A stretch of DNA of 64,000 nt from Sarea resinae (Eukaryota): contig JAPEUD010000047.1 of the NCBI GenBank assembly GCA_026026165.1, positions 124,001 to 188,000 of the forward strand. Reading direction: 5' to 3'. The position numbers were made by a program, and so were the translations under genes. Positions 38,146 to 50,732 of this stretch are shown here, in pieces; within the stretch, counting starts at the first letter, position 1, and every line of letters starts with the position of its first letter. The notes under the pieces are model-generated. The model was not told where the DNA came from, searched no databases, and worked only from the letters and a program-made list of their open reading frames with translations.

Positions 38146-39104
38146 CTAAACGGCGTACTTGGCCTTGGCTCTCGTGCTTCCACTATGCGCGGAATCAGTA
38201 TGGCCAGAGAACTCGACCAGCTCGCCCTCCCGTAGCCTCAAGACCTCCTTGAACCTCCTCCCAATCCCCTCGAGCACTTCCCGGCCCTTCTGCTGGCTCC
38301 GGCCCTTGCCACCCGCAACATCGCCCTCACCTCCACCAGGCACGCTCTTGCCCACAGTGCGGGTCCACAGGCCCAAACGGTAGAAGCCCTTGCGCACGTT
38401 GACGACCACGCCCATGACTTCGCCATCATCGTCGGAGTTCTCGAGCGTCTCGCCGATGGCGGCCAGCATGACGTGCAGCCAGAGGTCGTCGATGGGAACG
38501 GAGCGCTTCTCTTTGAACTGGTAGGCCCATTTGCCGCCGTGCTTGTTCTGAGGGTCTTCCCATTCCGGGCGGACGCCTTTCTTGAAGAGATGGTAGTCGG
38601 ACTTGAGGGCCAGTTCGGAGGTAGGCGTGATGTTGTTCTGTTAAAAGATGTGTTAGCGATATGAGTTTGTTGGGCGTAAGAGAGAGATAGATGAGAGAAA
38701 GCCTCACGTAGATGCCCCAGAATTCTTCGACAGAGTCAAAAGTGACAACTTCCTTGAGGAGTTCATTCCAGTTGTCGCCCTGTAAGTAGAAGATATCTCA
38801 TGTCAGCACCCGCAGTCAAACCTGCAAACGCACATAGACAGAAGAGGCCATTCACCTTTCCGCTTGGCGGCTTGGTGAACCAGAGTGTCCACTCGTGCAT
38901 CAACGGGTGCTTGACGTTGAAGTTGTCACGGTCATGAAAGACAGTGATGTTCTCGTTCTTGGTATCCTTCTTCTCGCCATTGGGTGGTGCGTTTTCATCG
39001 TTGGTAGCAGCGCCGCCAGCCGGAGAGATGGGGATCGTGTCAAGCGGTACCGGGGACTCAGGGTTGGCTGCGCCATTGCTCGCGGGGGCCTCGAGAGTCG
39101 CCAT
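38146..39104 (-). CDS. TIF45: Translation initiation factor eIF4E (class I), ~270 aa, 3 exons
   Basis: Exons 39104-38856, 38779-38708 and 38637-38146. Motifs HPLMHEWTLW, TFDSVEEFWGIY, DYHLFKKGVRPEWED…GGKW, LWLHVMLAAIGE and RLGLW. Confidence 0.95.
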
Positions 39105-39893
39105 CTTGAATGAATGAGACTATCAAAGGTAATGAAGGTTGAGGATGTGAGAGGCGATGAAGAGGTTTGCGAGTCTCTCGTGTCTTGGACTGAGTAAATT
39201 GAACGTGTATGAGTCCAGAGAGAGGACCAGGATGATTAGGTGGTGATTGCTCTTTGCACCGGGCAGAGAACAATGAAGTCGAAGGTTTTACGTCGGTGGT
39301 AGTCGCGGCAAGTGATGTGAATGAGATGCTGTCAATGATGAATTTCATAGGCGAAAGTCTAATCAATGGTAGGCGCCAAGACTGACGATATTCGAACAGT
39401 GAAGGCCCAGTCTCCCAGATATCGCCTAAGGCTGAGAGCGGTCACATATTCACTGCACAGACATTTGCTGCCTTACCGAACGGCGACTGACTTTAGCTAT
39501 TTACCTTGGACCCAGATCAATCATGTCCCACTTCTTGCTATTCTGATTCCGTTTCCATTCCAAATTTCAACCCAGCACTCGCTGAGTCGCTGCCATATCA
39601 TGTTTGAAATTAGAATGCTTATACTTTCAATTATGCAAAAATATCAAATTTTTCTCACTTCCTCCTGATTCCTGATTCCTGACCCAATTCTATTATTCTT
39701 TTGGTTGGAAAAAAAAGTCCATGATGGCTGAAGGGAATGCGGCCCATGAAAATGAGAATGAGACCCAACACGTGCAATAGATCACCAGCAGCCCCAGATA
39801 CCAAGCCCACAGACCCCAATGCGAGGGATTCGCCCGCACGACAAACATTGTAGAAAGATGGACACCGAGAAGACCAATAATGACACAAATCCT

Positions 39894-40840
39894 CTACTCG
39901 ATTTTCTCCTCGATCTCCTCGATGATCCTTCCCTTCTCGCTGCTGCCACTCTGGCTGTTGATATAGCTCAGATAGCAATTCCATCCTGCCAGAAATGCCA
40001 GAAATCAGCCTTTGCACTTTGTCCGGACCAAAATCATCTGCTGTTCAGTGTACTCACCGAGTGAAATGACGTTGACAACCAAGACACGGTAATCCAACGG
40101 CACGAACTTGAAATTGGCCACCTGCACGAACGGCCAAAGCATCCAGTTCTTCTTCAATGCTGTCCAATAAGCCTCGTCCAACTTCTTCTTCGGGTCGCTG
40201 CCTTCCATGATAGACATGCTAGTGAGGAAGCAGAACAAATTCGCCCCAGCAAAGAGACCTTGATCAAGGCCAACGCGGGCAAGGATCTCGGCGTTCTTAT
40301 TCGGCAAAGTGATGCGGTTCTGGAGGAATTTGAACCATGTGGTGGCGGCGGGGCCGAAGATAGCTTCGAAATGTCAGCCCCCGATGCTTGCGAGGGACGG
40401 AGAGGACATACCACCACCGTACAAAGCCATGCGACCGGTTCGCGCATAGTCGTGCTTTTCCACTTTCTCTACGGCATGCTGTGACAAGACATCACCGGCT
40501 GCGAACAGGACCTGTGACCAGAAATGCCATTAGCATGTGTAATCGATGTGCGATCGAGTAGCGGGAGCCATTGGAGACTCGACACGCTCCCGAGGCGTAC
40601 AACCGTACAGGAACGGCGAGAGAGAAGATTCTTCCATGAGAGGGTAGAAACTTACAGCAGTCGTTACGCTCTGGGTCAAGAGTGGCCGCGTGGCCAACTT
40701 CATTTGATACCTACGACGGGCTCACGATCAGCATCGAGACGGGAAGAGTCTGTGAAAGCATGATGCTTCGATGGCACAACGAGCGGCTGCGACCATGGGC
40801 GGACAGGCCACGTAGGATAACACACTTACCACCGCAACAT
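39894..40840 (-). CDS. SYM1: Mpv17/PMP22 family mitochondrial inner-membrane protein Sym1, multi-exon
   Basis: Spliced reading: [33 protein letters not shown]…[20 protein letters not shown]…RVGLDQ…[40 protein letters not shown]. The first coding exon is 11 nt. Confidence 0.92.
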
Positions 40841-42487
40841 GATGAACTTGGGCGATGTGCTTGTGATGGTGGGAGGTGGGATTATCGCAATTGAGATCTG
40901 GCCAGACAGGCAAGACGGCAGAAGGCCAAGATCGAAGGAGGTGAACTGGATTGGAATCGAGACGCTGATGGATGGACAAGCAGAGAGAAAGTGGCAGCTC
41001 GAGGGAACAAATAGCTGGTGGAATTACGCTACGACCAAGTGTTCGAAATCTTCACAATTTGTGAATAGCTCGAATAGCTCTCGAATAACTGCCACCCACG
41101 CCCGCAGTCTCTGGCCCCATCCCGCGGCTCCCACAATTGACTGCTACTCCGGACTCCCTGCGCGGTGGATAGATGCTAGCTGCAGGACTCGCGCTTACTC
41201 TCGTACAGCCAATGATGACACGACACCCATAAGGCGGTGAGAGCAAGCGAGAGGACGGACCCTGGCGGATCCTGACGGATCTTCACGAGACGAGAAAGAA
41301 CATGAGCAAAGTGGAGGCACCTGCCAGTCTTGCTCGAGTACGGAGTAGGGTGGAAACATCCTGACTGCCCTACACCGATCATTGACCATCTCTAGCAACC
41401 AGCGTAGTCGAGGAGGAGAGATGGACTCACCCCTTCGATCACCCTACAATCAAATAAAAATAACCGATTTTCAGGAGACCCCATCGTGCTTGCCGGCGAG
41501 AATAATCGCTCAGTCGCAGACGTCCAACTTTAGAATTGATCACGGGAACCCCACAAGCTCACCTGGGCAGACCTTGATCCATGGCCTGTCCGCCCGCGTG
41601 GGCTGACGCCTCGTAGTCGGGAGCGGTAACGCCACACGGGTCAATTGCCCACAATAGGAGGATCAGGAGCAAGGTCATCGGCACGAAACAGTAGAGCAGT
41701 CATGTACCGTTGACGGGGAAAAGCAAAGATATCCGCATCCGTCCAGTTCATGATTCTGCTATGCGTATGCAACTTTTGAGCACAGACGGAGAAGTTCCGC
41801 CAACATCTCCATGGGTGACGGGACCCACCCCAGAGATCCCTGGTCAAGCGGCACAAGGTGTTAGGTCCTCGCTTCCCCTGGTTTGCCCTTTCAAGGTGCC
41901 CCCCCCAAATACTCCTCCAGTAGCAAATGCTCGATCTACAGATCTTCATCCTCTCGGGCTACAGATAAGCATTTGCTCGCTTCCGGGGCAGACGGGCGGC
42001 TAGAGCTACTGAACGAAGAAGGTATTGAATTGTCTATCGGCGGGAAGGGCCGCCACCACAAGAATTAACAAGACGCGGGTTTTGGGAGGGAGCTGCCGCC
42101 CACAATGAACGAGAGAACAAAGGGAAGGAGATGCCAAACCATCCATGTACGAGGAAGCAAGTGACTTGACAAGAGAAGCGGGAACAGTTTGATGACAAAG
42201 AAGACATTTCGACCCGCTAGGTCGGCCAGTGAAGAGACCACACTGCCACGCACAAAATAAGAAAATTCAAAAGCCGACAAAGCTCCTGTGCCGCCGACTG
42301 AGTCATCGCCATGTGACACCCTCGATCCAACTTAGATCAGGGGTTGCGATTATTCCAATCAAGCGACTCATAGTCGCTTCATCAACGCAAAGAACTCCAA
42401 AGGAAGACGCCTTAGATTGACTACTGAAACACATCCCAAAAGACTCGATAGAGACCAGAATGATCGGAAAGGGCCAGCTTTCAGGAT

Positions 42488-43901
42488 TCAGTTATTTTTG
42501 TTGTTGTTATTGCTGCTGCTGTTGTTGTGTGTCACCACCACAGCCACAACGATGACAATGATAATGAGGATCAGGACTGAATGACAATATTAGCTCACAA
42601 AGTCCAAATCAATGGCATGTCCGACTTACGACCAATGCCCAGGCACATCCACTTCTTTCTTCTTGCGCTGCGAGCCTTGGTAATGGCTCCATCAATCTCG
42701 ACGTTGGCTTGCTGGACATTTTCGTGCACGTCATCACCCTTCGCCTCGATATTCATAACCGCTGGCTCCTGCTGGACGACCAAAGCCTCCATGTCTTGAA
42801 ACAGCTGTCCCAGTTCAACAATCTGCCTCTCTATCTTCTGGATCGCCTCGTGTCTCTGTTCGACGTTCCTACGAGCTATTCCAGCTTGTCCACGACGATC
42901 GCTTTGCATGAGCTACAATCTCGGTCAGCGTCCTCACTCACTGTCGTTAGAGATATTAACATACCGCCTGGCTGAAAATCTGCTGGCCGGACGTGTCTTC
43001 GCATGCCTCCTGCACTTCCGTCTCACTGGCTTCCGGCCTGACGATTCTATATTGCCTCTTCATCTGCTCCTGGACTTGTTTCCGGAACGTGCTCTCCAAA
43101 GTTTGATACTCGTTGATCTTGGCCTTGAGATTTCGGTCGACCTTGCCGACCTGTGGTGCACACCGTGGGCTACCCGATTCCGGCATGGATTTGATCTTCT
43201 GAATTCGGCGCGCAAGTTCGCGATACAGGGTCATTGTCTCTCCGTTGATCTCGTCGATTCGGCCATTGTAGGCGTTGAAGTCCGCAGCGCTGAGAGCTTC
43301 TGTCTGCAATCTTCGCAATCTTTGCAAATGGCCATCCAGGTCTTTGATCTCTCCATCGATCTGGCTTGTCCGGGAAAGGATGTCATTGTAGTCCCCACGC
43401 GAAGGTGTCGAGTACCCATCCGTTTGCGCATTCAAAGGAGCCATCTCGAGATCGTTCGCTGTAGAGCAAACTCGGCGTCAGACGCAAATGTAAACCGTAC
43501 CTAAGGTCTTACCACTCACCAGGAACTCCATGGCCCATGCGGTGGTCATTATCGTATTCATTGTAATTGTCTCGCGGTGGCGGGCCTCCGTAGCCGCCTT
43601 GGTCGTACCCACCCTGTCCATAACCGCCGCGGCCATATCCGCCTTGCGAAGTTTGCGCCGAAGCGTATGGATTGGCAGACTGTTGCGATGCATATGGGTT
43701 GCTCTGGCCGTAGCCACCTCCTTGGTTGTAACCCCCGTACTGTTGAACAGTCGCCGTCAGTCAGAGGTCATACAGTAGGCCAGAAAATTTGATAGCGCCT
43801 TGAGTTCGTCGGAGCTCTCCTTTCAGATGAGGCGACAGAGACTTGGCTATCATGATGGCTTCTCCTCAGCTTCATCGAGGTGTCGTTCAACTTACACTCA
43901 T
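42488..43901 (-). CDS. SSO1: Plasma-membrane t-SNARE syntaxin (Sso1/Sso2 type), multi-exon
   Basis: 6-nt first exon ATGAGT|GTAAGT, GGYGQ-rich N-terminus and Habc region. SNARE motif RHEAIQKIERQIVELGQLFQDMEALVVQQ, followed by ARSARRKKW and a C-terminal TM (VLILIIIVIVVAVVV). Confidence 0.93.
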
Positions 43902-45432
43902 GGTGAAACCCCAATTACCCCTAAGTAGGTTCTGGTGAGCCTGCGTAGAAAGAACTCCTCGACGGTGGACCGATTCCTTATGCCTCGCGCTGCGAATAAA
44001 GGCTTGACCTTAGGGAGAACCTCTGATGGTAATGGCTCTGGAGGATAAGACAAAGTCGTGGGAGTGAGAGGAGATTCTTTTGTGGATGGGGTAAAGGTAC
44101 GGAGCAGGCACGACAATCGAGCTGGTATGTTCACTTCTGTTATGGGGTTCTGCCTTAAGGGTAAGGTACTTCAGTACTTTAGTGGACCAGGGTACATCTC
44201 TTGGTGCCTGGCGCGAGAGGCGGCGCAGCTTTCAGGTTCGCTCCGAGAGTCTAGCTCGACTGAGAAGTCCAAGATACCCCAGCCCAGTACGTTGCCCACA
44301 TATTCTTCCGAGTCCGTACCTCGCTACTGCAGTATCGTGTACTTAGCCTACTCTACCTACGCTTTCAAGCGAAAAAGGGTCCTCTCCCTCCCGCCGCCCC
44401 TCTGCCGCCCCCCTCCAACGTCCCAGCGGCTCTCCCCTTTCGTGCTTCGTCTGTGGCTGTAACGTATCTGAAACGCGTCGAGTGCGCAGTAGAGCGCCAT
44501 TGCGCGCACTGTACTGTGGAATAAGGGCTGCGGCATAGTCTTCTAGAACCACACAACATGACAATCCAGGCAAGTCCAATATCGTCAAAGGCTCAAGATC
44601 CCCAGCTACCAGGACAAGCTACGGAGTAACCTTGAGTACATTTGAGCGTCCACGGTACAGCCCAAAGCGTCGAACAGATACGAATACGGTTTGTACATGG
44701 AGGTATTTCCAACGTTATTTTTAGAAGCATACCTACATAGTAGTAGCAGACGTGCTGTCCCTCGAAACCCTGCAAGATGCAGCACTCACGGCCACTGCGA
44801 TCCTTCGCCACCCCGAGTACGGCACTTGACAGCTGATGGCCTTCGATCGTGTTTTCGAGACTTCAACGAATAATGATGGTATTGGTTGACAAAAGGCTGG
44901 TATGCACGTAAGCTTAGATGTATTCGTCATCGTGACGCAGAGCCATTCTGGTTTCGTGAAATGCATCATCCATGCTCGCTCGCTATCACAATCGCGAGAT
45001 TCGAGAAAAGCATTTATAGTTCCAGGGGAGAACAACCAAGAGCAGCAACGCATACATCATGCCAGGCAGTTTCATAGAGTCTCCAAGCTGCGCAACGCCT
45101 CAGTCGCCTCAGTATCCAAGTCCGGCGGTTCTCGGCCAATGCTGGGGGTATCACAGAATCACCAAGCTCTACACTCTTATTTTCTGTGCAGAAATTCCAT
45201 TCACTAGCATTGCTCTTAGGAGAGATCACTAGAGAAGAAAGTGATGATTAAAAACAAAGAAGTGAGGAAAATGGTCAGAGAGTAGAAACTTCTATACCTC
45301 GAGGCAGCCTTTCGCCCCAAAGCAAAGGGGATCGCAACTGCTTTCGGTAAGTCGCATGCTGTTGACCATTAACAGCCATTGATAATCCTCGCCGGACTCT
45401 CCAGCCGTGCGACGGGCCCTCCGTCCCCCAGC

Positions 45433-46945
45433 CTAAGCTCTCCAAAGCCCCTTAGGTCTTCTAACTGTCCAGGGTCCTGCGCTTCTGTGATTGTAATTGA
45501 CAGGACCAGAATCAAAAGGGCAATTATCTCCGCACATTATCGTATAGCGATCCGTGCAGCATTGTTCTGGCTCTTCAGCAGTGACTCCAAGAGCCCATTC
45601 TCCCCAAGCTTTTGCCTCGTGGGAGCACATTGGTATCATTGAGAACATCCCCCACAGAGGTATCCAGATTTGGAGGCTCTCCAAAGAAGGATGGAAGTTG
45701 TTCAGAATCCGACATACTTGTACCCAGGGATTTTCGTCTCGGTGAGCACCTGTTGGCCACGTAGGTCCACGGTCCTCTTTGAACTCTGGGCCTTCGTCAA
45801 TTATCATGCACTTTTGAAAGCTGATATGATTCAAAGTATGTCGGTGAAGGTGGAGGAAAGATATCAAAAGATCATTCTCAAAGCAGGCAAAAGCTAGCTT
45901 CACGCTTCGCAGCCGCGGCCAGTATTGGCTTCGCTGGCCTGGTTCTCCTTCCGGCATCTGAACTTCAACAAGATCATTGAACTCGAACTGTGGTTGTGGT
46001 ATGATTCTTCCTAGTCTCGGGTCGAAATTGAATCCCATATCAATCGATTCCAGTGACTCCATTTCCCTGAAGAGGTGCCCTAGAGTCTTGAGCCATGCTA
46101 GATCCGGATCATTCACTATATGGGCAAATGAAAGCTTTAGTGACTTCAGGTCCCGGAAGCCGGAGATGGCTTTGGACTTCAAAAGGGGAGGAAAGATCAA
46201 GCAGCGCTGATCAAGCCCAACGACTGTGAGGTTTTCTATTGGAGCGTATTCTGTCTTGAGTAAGCTCCGTTTGTAAAGAGCTAGTATGACAGCTCTGGCC
46301 ATCTCTAGACCCCATGCCGGACCGAAAACAGTGACAGATTTGTGGCCAATGTTTTCCGATATAGAACAACCTGGAGGACAGAGAATTTCTATTGATGACA
46401 AGTTGGAGAGTATCGCCAAGTATTTGGCGTGGAAGTTAAACAAATTCTTGCAGATCGTAGTAAATCTCGCGTCCCCCCAATCTTGCATACAGCGCAGAAT
46501 TTCCTTATCGAGTGGATCTAGCAATTTTTCTCCCGCATTTTTGGCTTGGATACGCACGTAGCCCGCTAAGTGTCCTATATTGAAGTCTAAGCTTTAAGTA
46601 ACAAGGGCTCTGAGCAGGACACTTACCGACAAGATTGGCAATCTCCTCTTGCATTGTGAACACGTATTTTTTGACAAGCCCATTCAATTTTTCGCTTTTG
46701 GAAATCATTTTCAGTCGCTTCAGGTTGGTGTACTGGAAGCTGCGGAATTCGATACTCCGATATACTAGCGGTGTCGCGATAGCACTAGATCTTCGGTCGA
46801 CAAGGCGGAGATAACAAAGAGTCTTCCGTTCCAGGCCAGAAAGGAAAATCTGCTCAACTATCTCCGTGGGGAGTTTATCCATCGGACAGACGCCCAAAGG
46901 CTGCTGTGGCGCAGCGACGTCTGCAGGGGCCTCTGTTGGGTCCAT
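45433..46945 (-). CDS. F-box domain protein with degenerate LRR/RNI-like C-terminus, 2 exons
   Basis: F-box-like MDKLPTEIVEQIFLSGLERKTLCYLRLVDRRSSAIATPLVYRSI. A GTAAGT…TAG intron at ~46626-46576 joins it to the 374-aa ORF, which has LKSLKLSF, LESIDM and WPRLRSVKL repeats. Confidence 0.75.
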
Positions 46946-47519
46946 CTTCAATAAAGAGTGGTGGGCAGGAATGACACTGGGATTGAAGCCCGTTGACTTT
47001 CTTGTTCGAGCAAGAGAACTCTCTCTTTCGTAATCGCAGAAGCTCTGAAGCGATAGGTAAGGCTTCTTTCAGAAGAATCCGCTGATGCTAGGTCTGGTAG
47101 GTGAGGCAAGGCAGGGTTCTTAGGGAAGCAGTGTAATAGGTGAGGAAAGATCAAAAGACTCATACTATGCAGAGAAAAAGTAGACATATTGGTGGAGAAG
47201 AGGCAAAACCAAGGCATTGTGTGAGGTAGGTGAGGTTGGTAGACAGTTGCCCATCGAAGGTGAATGGTATTAGAGTCATATGCTTATGCACCAAGAACAT
47301 GCATGCCATGGCCTGGTGATGGCCTTGATTCTAATATCTATTGAATGACAACAGGCAGTGAATCTAGCGGAAAATGCGTTGAGAACGCTGCCGTACTCGA
47401 GACGCCAAGAAAACAAAAGCTCATGAGACATACCATCATCAACTCCCCCCTCTCCACGACACGCCCTAAGGCATTTGAGACCCATCGAGCACCCAATTTC
47501 GCCTTACACGTGGTCACAT

Positions 47520-49251
47520 TCATTGCCCAGGAGCCCCATCGTCTTTGCCCCAGCGATTGCTCTCATCGCCGTCTTCCCATTGATGCTCCACATAGCCTAG
47601 ACGTCGCTTCACCCAGTCAACAGTCTCCTTGTCACCAGTGTTTTTGCCGATGTTGTCACTAATTTTGATGGCCGGTCTACCGGCGGCAGAGGAGATCTTC
47701 ACAACGATATTTAAAGGCGGTGATTTCTCGCCGTCAGAAGCGCGAACAAAATCATCTGAGAATAGTTAGCAGATTATCTCTTAGCGCTCTAAGCCAGAGG
47801 ATAATCACTCGTGAGGAAGGTGCCAACGCCAAATACCGGATAGAATCCGGCTTCTTCTGCCTCCTTCCTATACTCTATACAGCGTTCGACGTTTAATGAA
47901 TCAGAGAAGACGATGGTCTTTCTCTCTTTGATATTTTGGCTATCGTAGAATTCTCGCATCACCTTGATGAAGCCAGAAGGGTCTCCAGAGTCTTGACGGA
48001 CACCGGTGAATACCTCAGCATAGGTGGGTTCCCTATTTTCGGTTCCATCGACCCCATTCGGTGGTGGGGCTTCAATTGGTGGATTAGTTCCACTTAGGCT
48101 TTCCGCAGCAGGTACGGTAGAAGAGGCAGCTGACGCCATAATTGTGGCTCCGCCGGGCGGGGCACTGGTGTACTTAGGGACGGGCTGCTTGAAACCCTCC
48201 AGAAACGTTGATGTCCCGAAGGTGTCAGTCAATGCAATCCCGAGAATCTAGATCCATGCATCAGCATCGAGAGCACTGGCTTTCGCAGAGATGGCATACT
48301 CCTTTGCCGAAAGTTCCAATCCAATAGCGTAGGGCTATCTCGTTGACGTGCTCATAGTCGTTGGTTATAGCCCCAATGGCCATGAACCATTCGTGCGCAA
48401 CAGTGCCCACCGGTGGAATGCCATGCTTCATCGCGAAATGCACGTTGCTTGTTCCAGATAGTTTACCTTTCCAACCCTTCCTCATTCCCTCCTCTGCAGC
48501 CCTGTTCAATCCTTGGATGACTATATCTTGGGTGTGATAGTCCCGCCTCCGTCGACTTCCAAACTCCGAAAAAGAGCATCCGCTCTCAATTAGAGCAACC
48601 CCTTTCTCGTAAGATCGCTCCTCCTGCCCTACATACGTCCAGTCTCTATCGCAGAATTTGAAGTATGCCTCGCTCGTCAAAGCCAGTAGGGGAATTTCAT
48701 AGAGGATGGTTTCCACCCATAGTCCTTTGGTGTCAATATATAAGTCACCTTCATCATCATCGCTGCCAGTGTCTTTGATCGGCTCAAAGGACAATTTGAC
48801 TTGTTCTGAAGGCCGCAGGTGAAATTCCGAGAGATACCTGAGGTACGGATCGTGAAGATAGGAGCAAGTCTTCCTCAGGTACTGCAATTCTTCATCCGAG
48901 ACGCGAATGTTCCCAAGCTCTAATGGGGCGAATGATCAGCAAAGGATGAAACGAGTAGTCAATGCTCAGGAAAACATACTGGTGATCTGCTCTTGCAACC
49001 ATCGAACCGCCCGTCGAGTCAAGCTCTTGTTCGGCGTGCGATTGTGATATGTGTAGGACACTTCTGCAAAGGCGCCTTAGCAAGGCAAATCTCTTAAGAC
49101 GACGCACAAAGGTAGACCTACCAACATCTGGGAAGTACTTCAGCACCCCGCACTGCATAGTAAGTTTGTAGAGGTCCGTATCCAAGAGGGAGAAAATTCC
49201 CTCGGGGAGAGTGCCCCGAGAAGCGCCATTTGGTTCTCCGTCAGCAGCCAT
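47520..49251 (-). CDS. NPT1: Nicotinate phosphoribosyltransferase, multi-exon
   Basis: Motifs SLLDTDLYKLTMQ, ILYEIPLLAL, FSEFGSRRR, GTSNV, GTVAHEW, ALTDTFGT, GVRQDSGDP, IVFSDSL, FGVGT and AIKISDNIGKNTGD. Confidence 0.97.
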
Positions 49252-49546
49252 GTGGGGCCTATGAGGATTTCGAGAATCGATTGACCCTCGCTGGCGGTCG
49301 TCGAGGATCTGACCCGCACTTATGAAGAAGAGAAGCTGCCGGTGACACGACGCAAAGTGAGCTGTTCGAAAGCCGGCCGAGTCGCACAGCAGCAGAGGGA
49401 GGGGCAGCCGGGATGTTGTATTTTTTGATTATCGCGATCTCATTTTAGATGAGGGACAAATGACGATAAGATTGACGAATGCTTGGCGCGTCATGCGTGC
49501 AGATTGTCCGATTTGCCGTGCCGAGTAACGTCGGGTACTCGTAATA

Positions 49547-49674
49547 CCTGCGTTTGCAAAATTCTTGACCCTCGGATTCTAGCGAAAATCGCCTACTTTT
49601 TAACAGCTGATTTTTTGCCTAGTATGCCTACCACTAGGCCTGCCTGCCTGCTAGCCATCAACAACGCGTTATAT
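49547..49674 (+). repeat. Left terminal inverted repeat (128 bp)
   Basis: CCTGCGTTTGCAAAATTCTTGACCC…CAACGCGTTATAT is the reverse complement of 52332-52459, with 5 mismatches that are all transitions. Confidence 0.95.
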
Positions 49675-49704
49675 CAGTCATAAATCATTATAATTCAACT
49701 CGCT

Positions 49705-50730
49705 ATACCTCTAGCACTCTTAGATCACTAAATAGAGGTTATATTAGCCTCTATAACTGCTAGTTATAGCAACTAAGACATAGCAGATGTAGTAGGCATC
49801 TTATTATTATTAGTCAAACGAATTCAACGCAATATAAAGCTATAGGATTAACCTAGGCTGCCTTAGGTTATAAAAAGAGAAAGGAAGACTGTTCTAAGCT
49901 ACCTAGAGGTGTTAGTCAGTATAAATTCTCCTATATAGCGATTCTAACTAACATCCTAGGCTCTGTTACAGCACCTATTAACAAAGTTATACCTATACCT
50001 TAATAAGATACAACGATTTATATAGGATAAGTTTAATATTATTGCTAATCCTTCTACTATATAGAGAGCCTTAAAACAGGCTAGATAGACTAGAAAAGGC
50101 CTTTAAAAACGTGCTGCAAAGAGAGACACTACACTTTACAATGCCTAGATAATCTGATTAACTAATTAGACTGCAGATTAACTAGTCTTTGTTAATAAGA
50201 GTGCTGCTAATAAGTATATAAAGGATAGAAAGTATAGTTAGTCTCTAAGTAGCACACAGCTAATTATATACTGTTTAATTAAGCGTACTAAACAGTAGAG
50301 CATCCTTCTTACATATACTATTAACAGCTATATTGCTTAGACTATGCTAAAAGGATTAATAGATTAGCCTACATTTAACAACTTTATCTATAAGAAGGTC
50401 CTACTAAATTGCAACCTAGTGCTAGGTCCTAGGTTAGTATTAGTTATAGACAATGCCTCTATCTATAGGAATAAAGAACTGCAAGAGATATACATGTTAA
50501 AAGAGGTTGAATTAGCCTATCTACTACTTTATTCGCTAGATTTCAACCCTATAGAGGAGTCCTTTTCTGTTCTAAAGCACTAGTTAAAGAGGAACTTTAA
50601 ATTAGCAGACAAATTTAACGACTTTAGTGGCTTCCTATTGACTGCAGTAGAACGACTAGAAGAAGATAGAACTAGCACACCTAGAAAGCACTTTTTAAAC
50701 GCAGGAATTAGTATAGAGGCATATATATAG
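49705..50730 (+). pseudogene. RIP-mutated Tc1-like DD34E transposase
   Basis: In one frame: HTH-like IADVVGI….VKRI.RN and a probable 45-nt intron 49915-49959. TTT GTT AAT AAG AGT reverts to FVDES (50188-50202). VIDNASI has D at 50449. YL(P)(P)YS(P)DFNPIEE has E at 50554, 34 residues after the second D. The stops read are TAA/TAG. Confidence 0.9.
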
Positions 50731-50732
50731 CA

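Noticed and set aside
7138..49251. NAD-metabolism cluster (sirtuin + NPT1)
   Set aside because: The genes are ~38 kb apart with many unrelated housekeeping genes between them, so this is likely coincidence.
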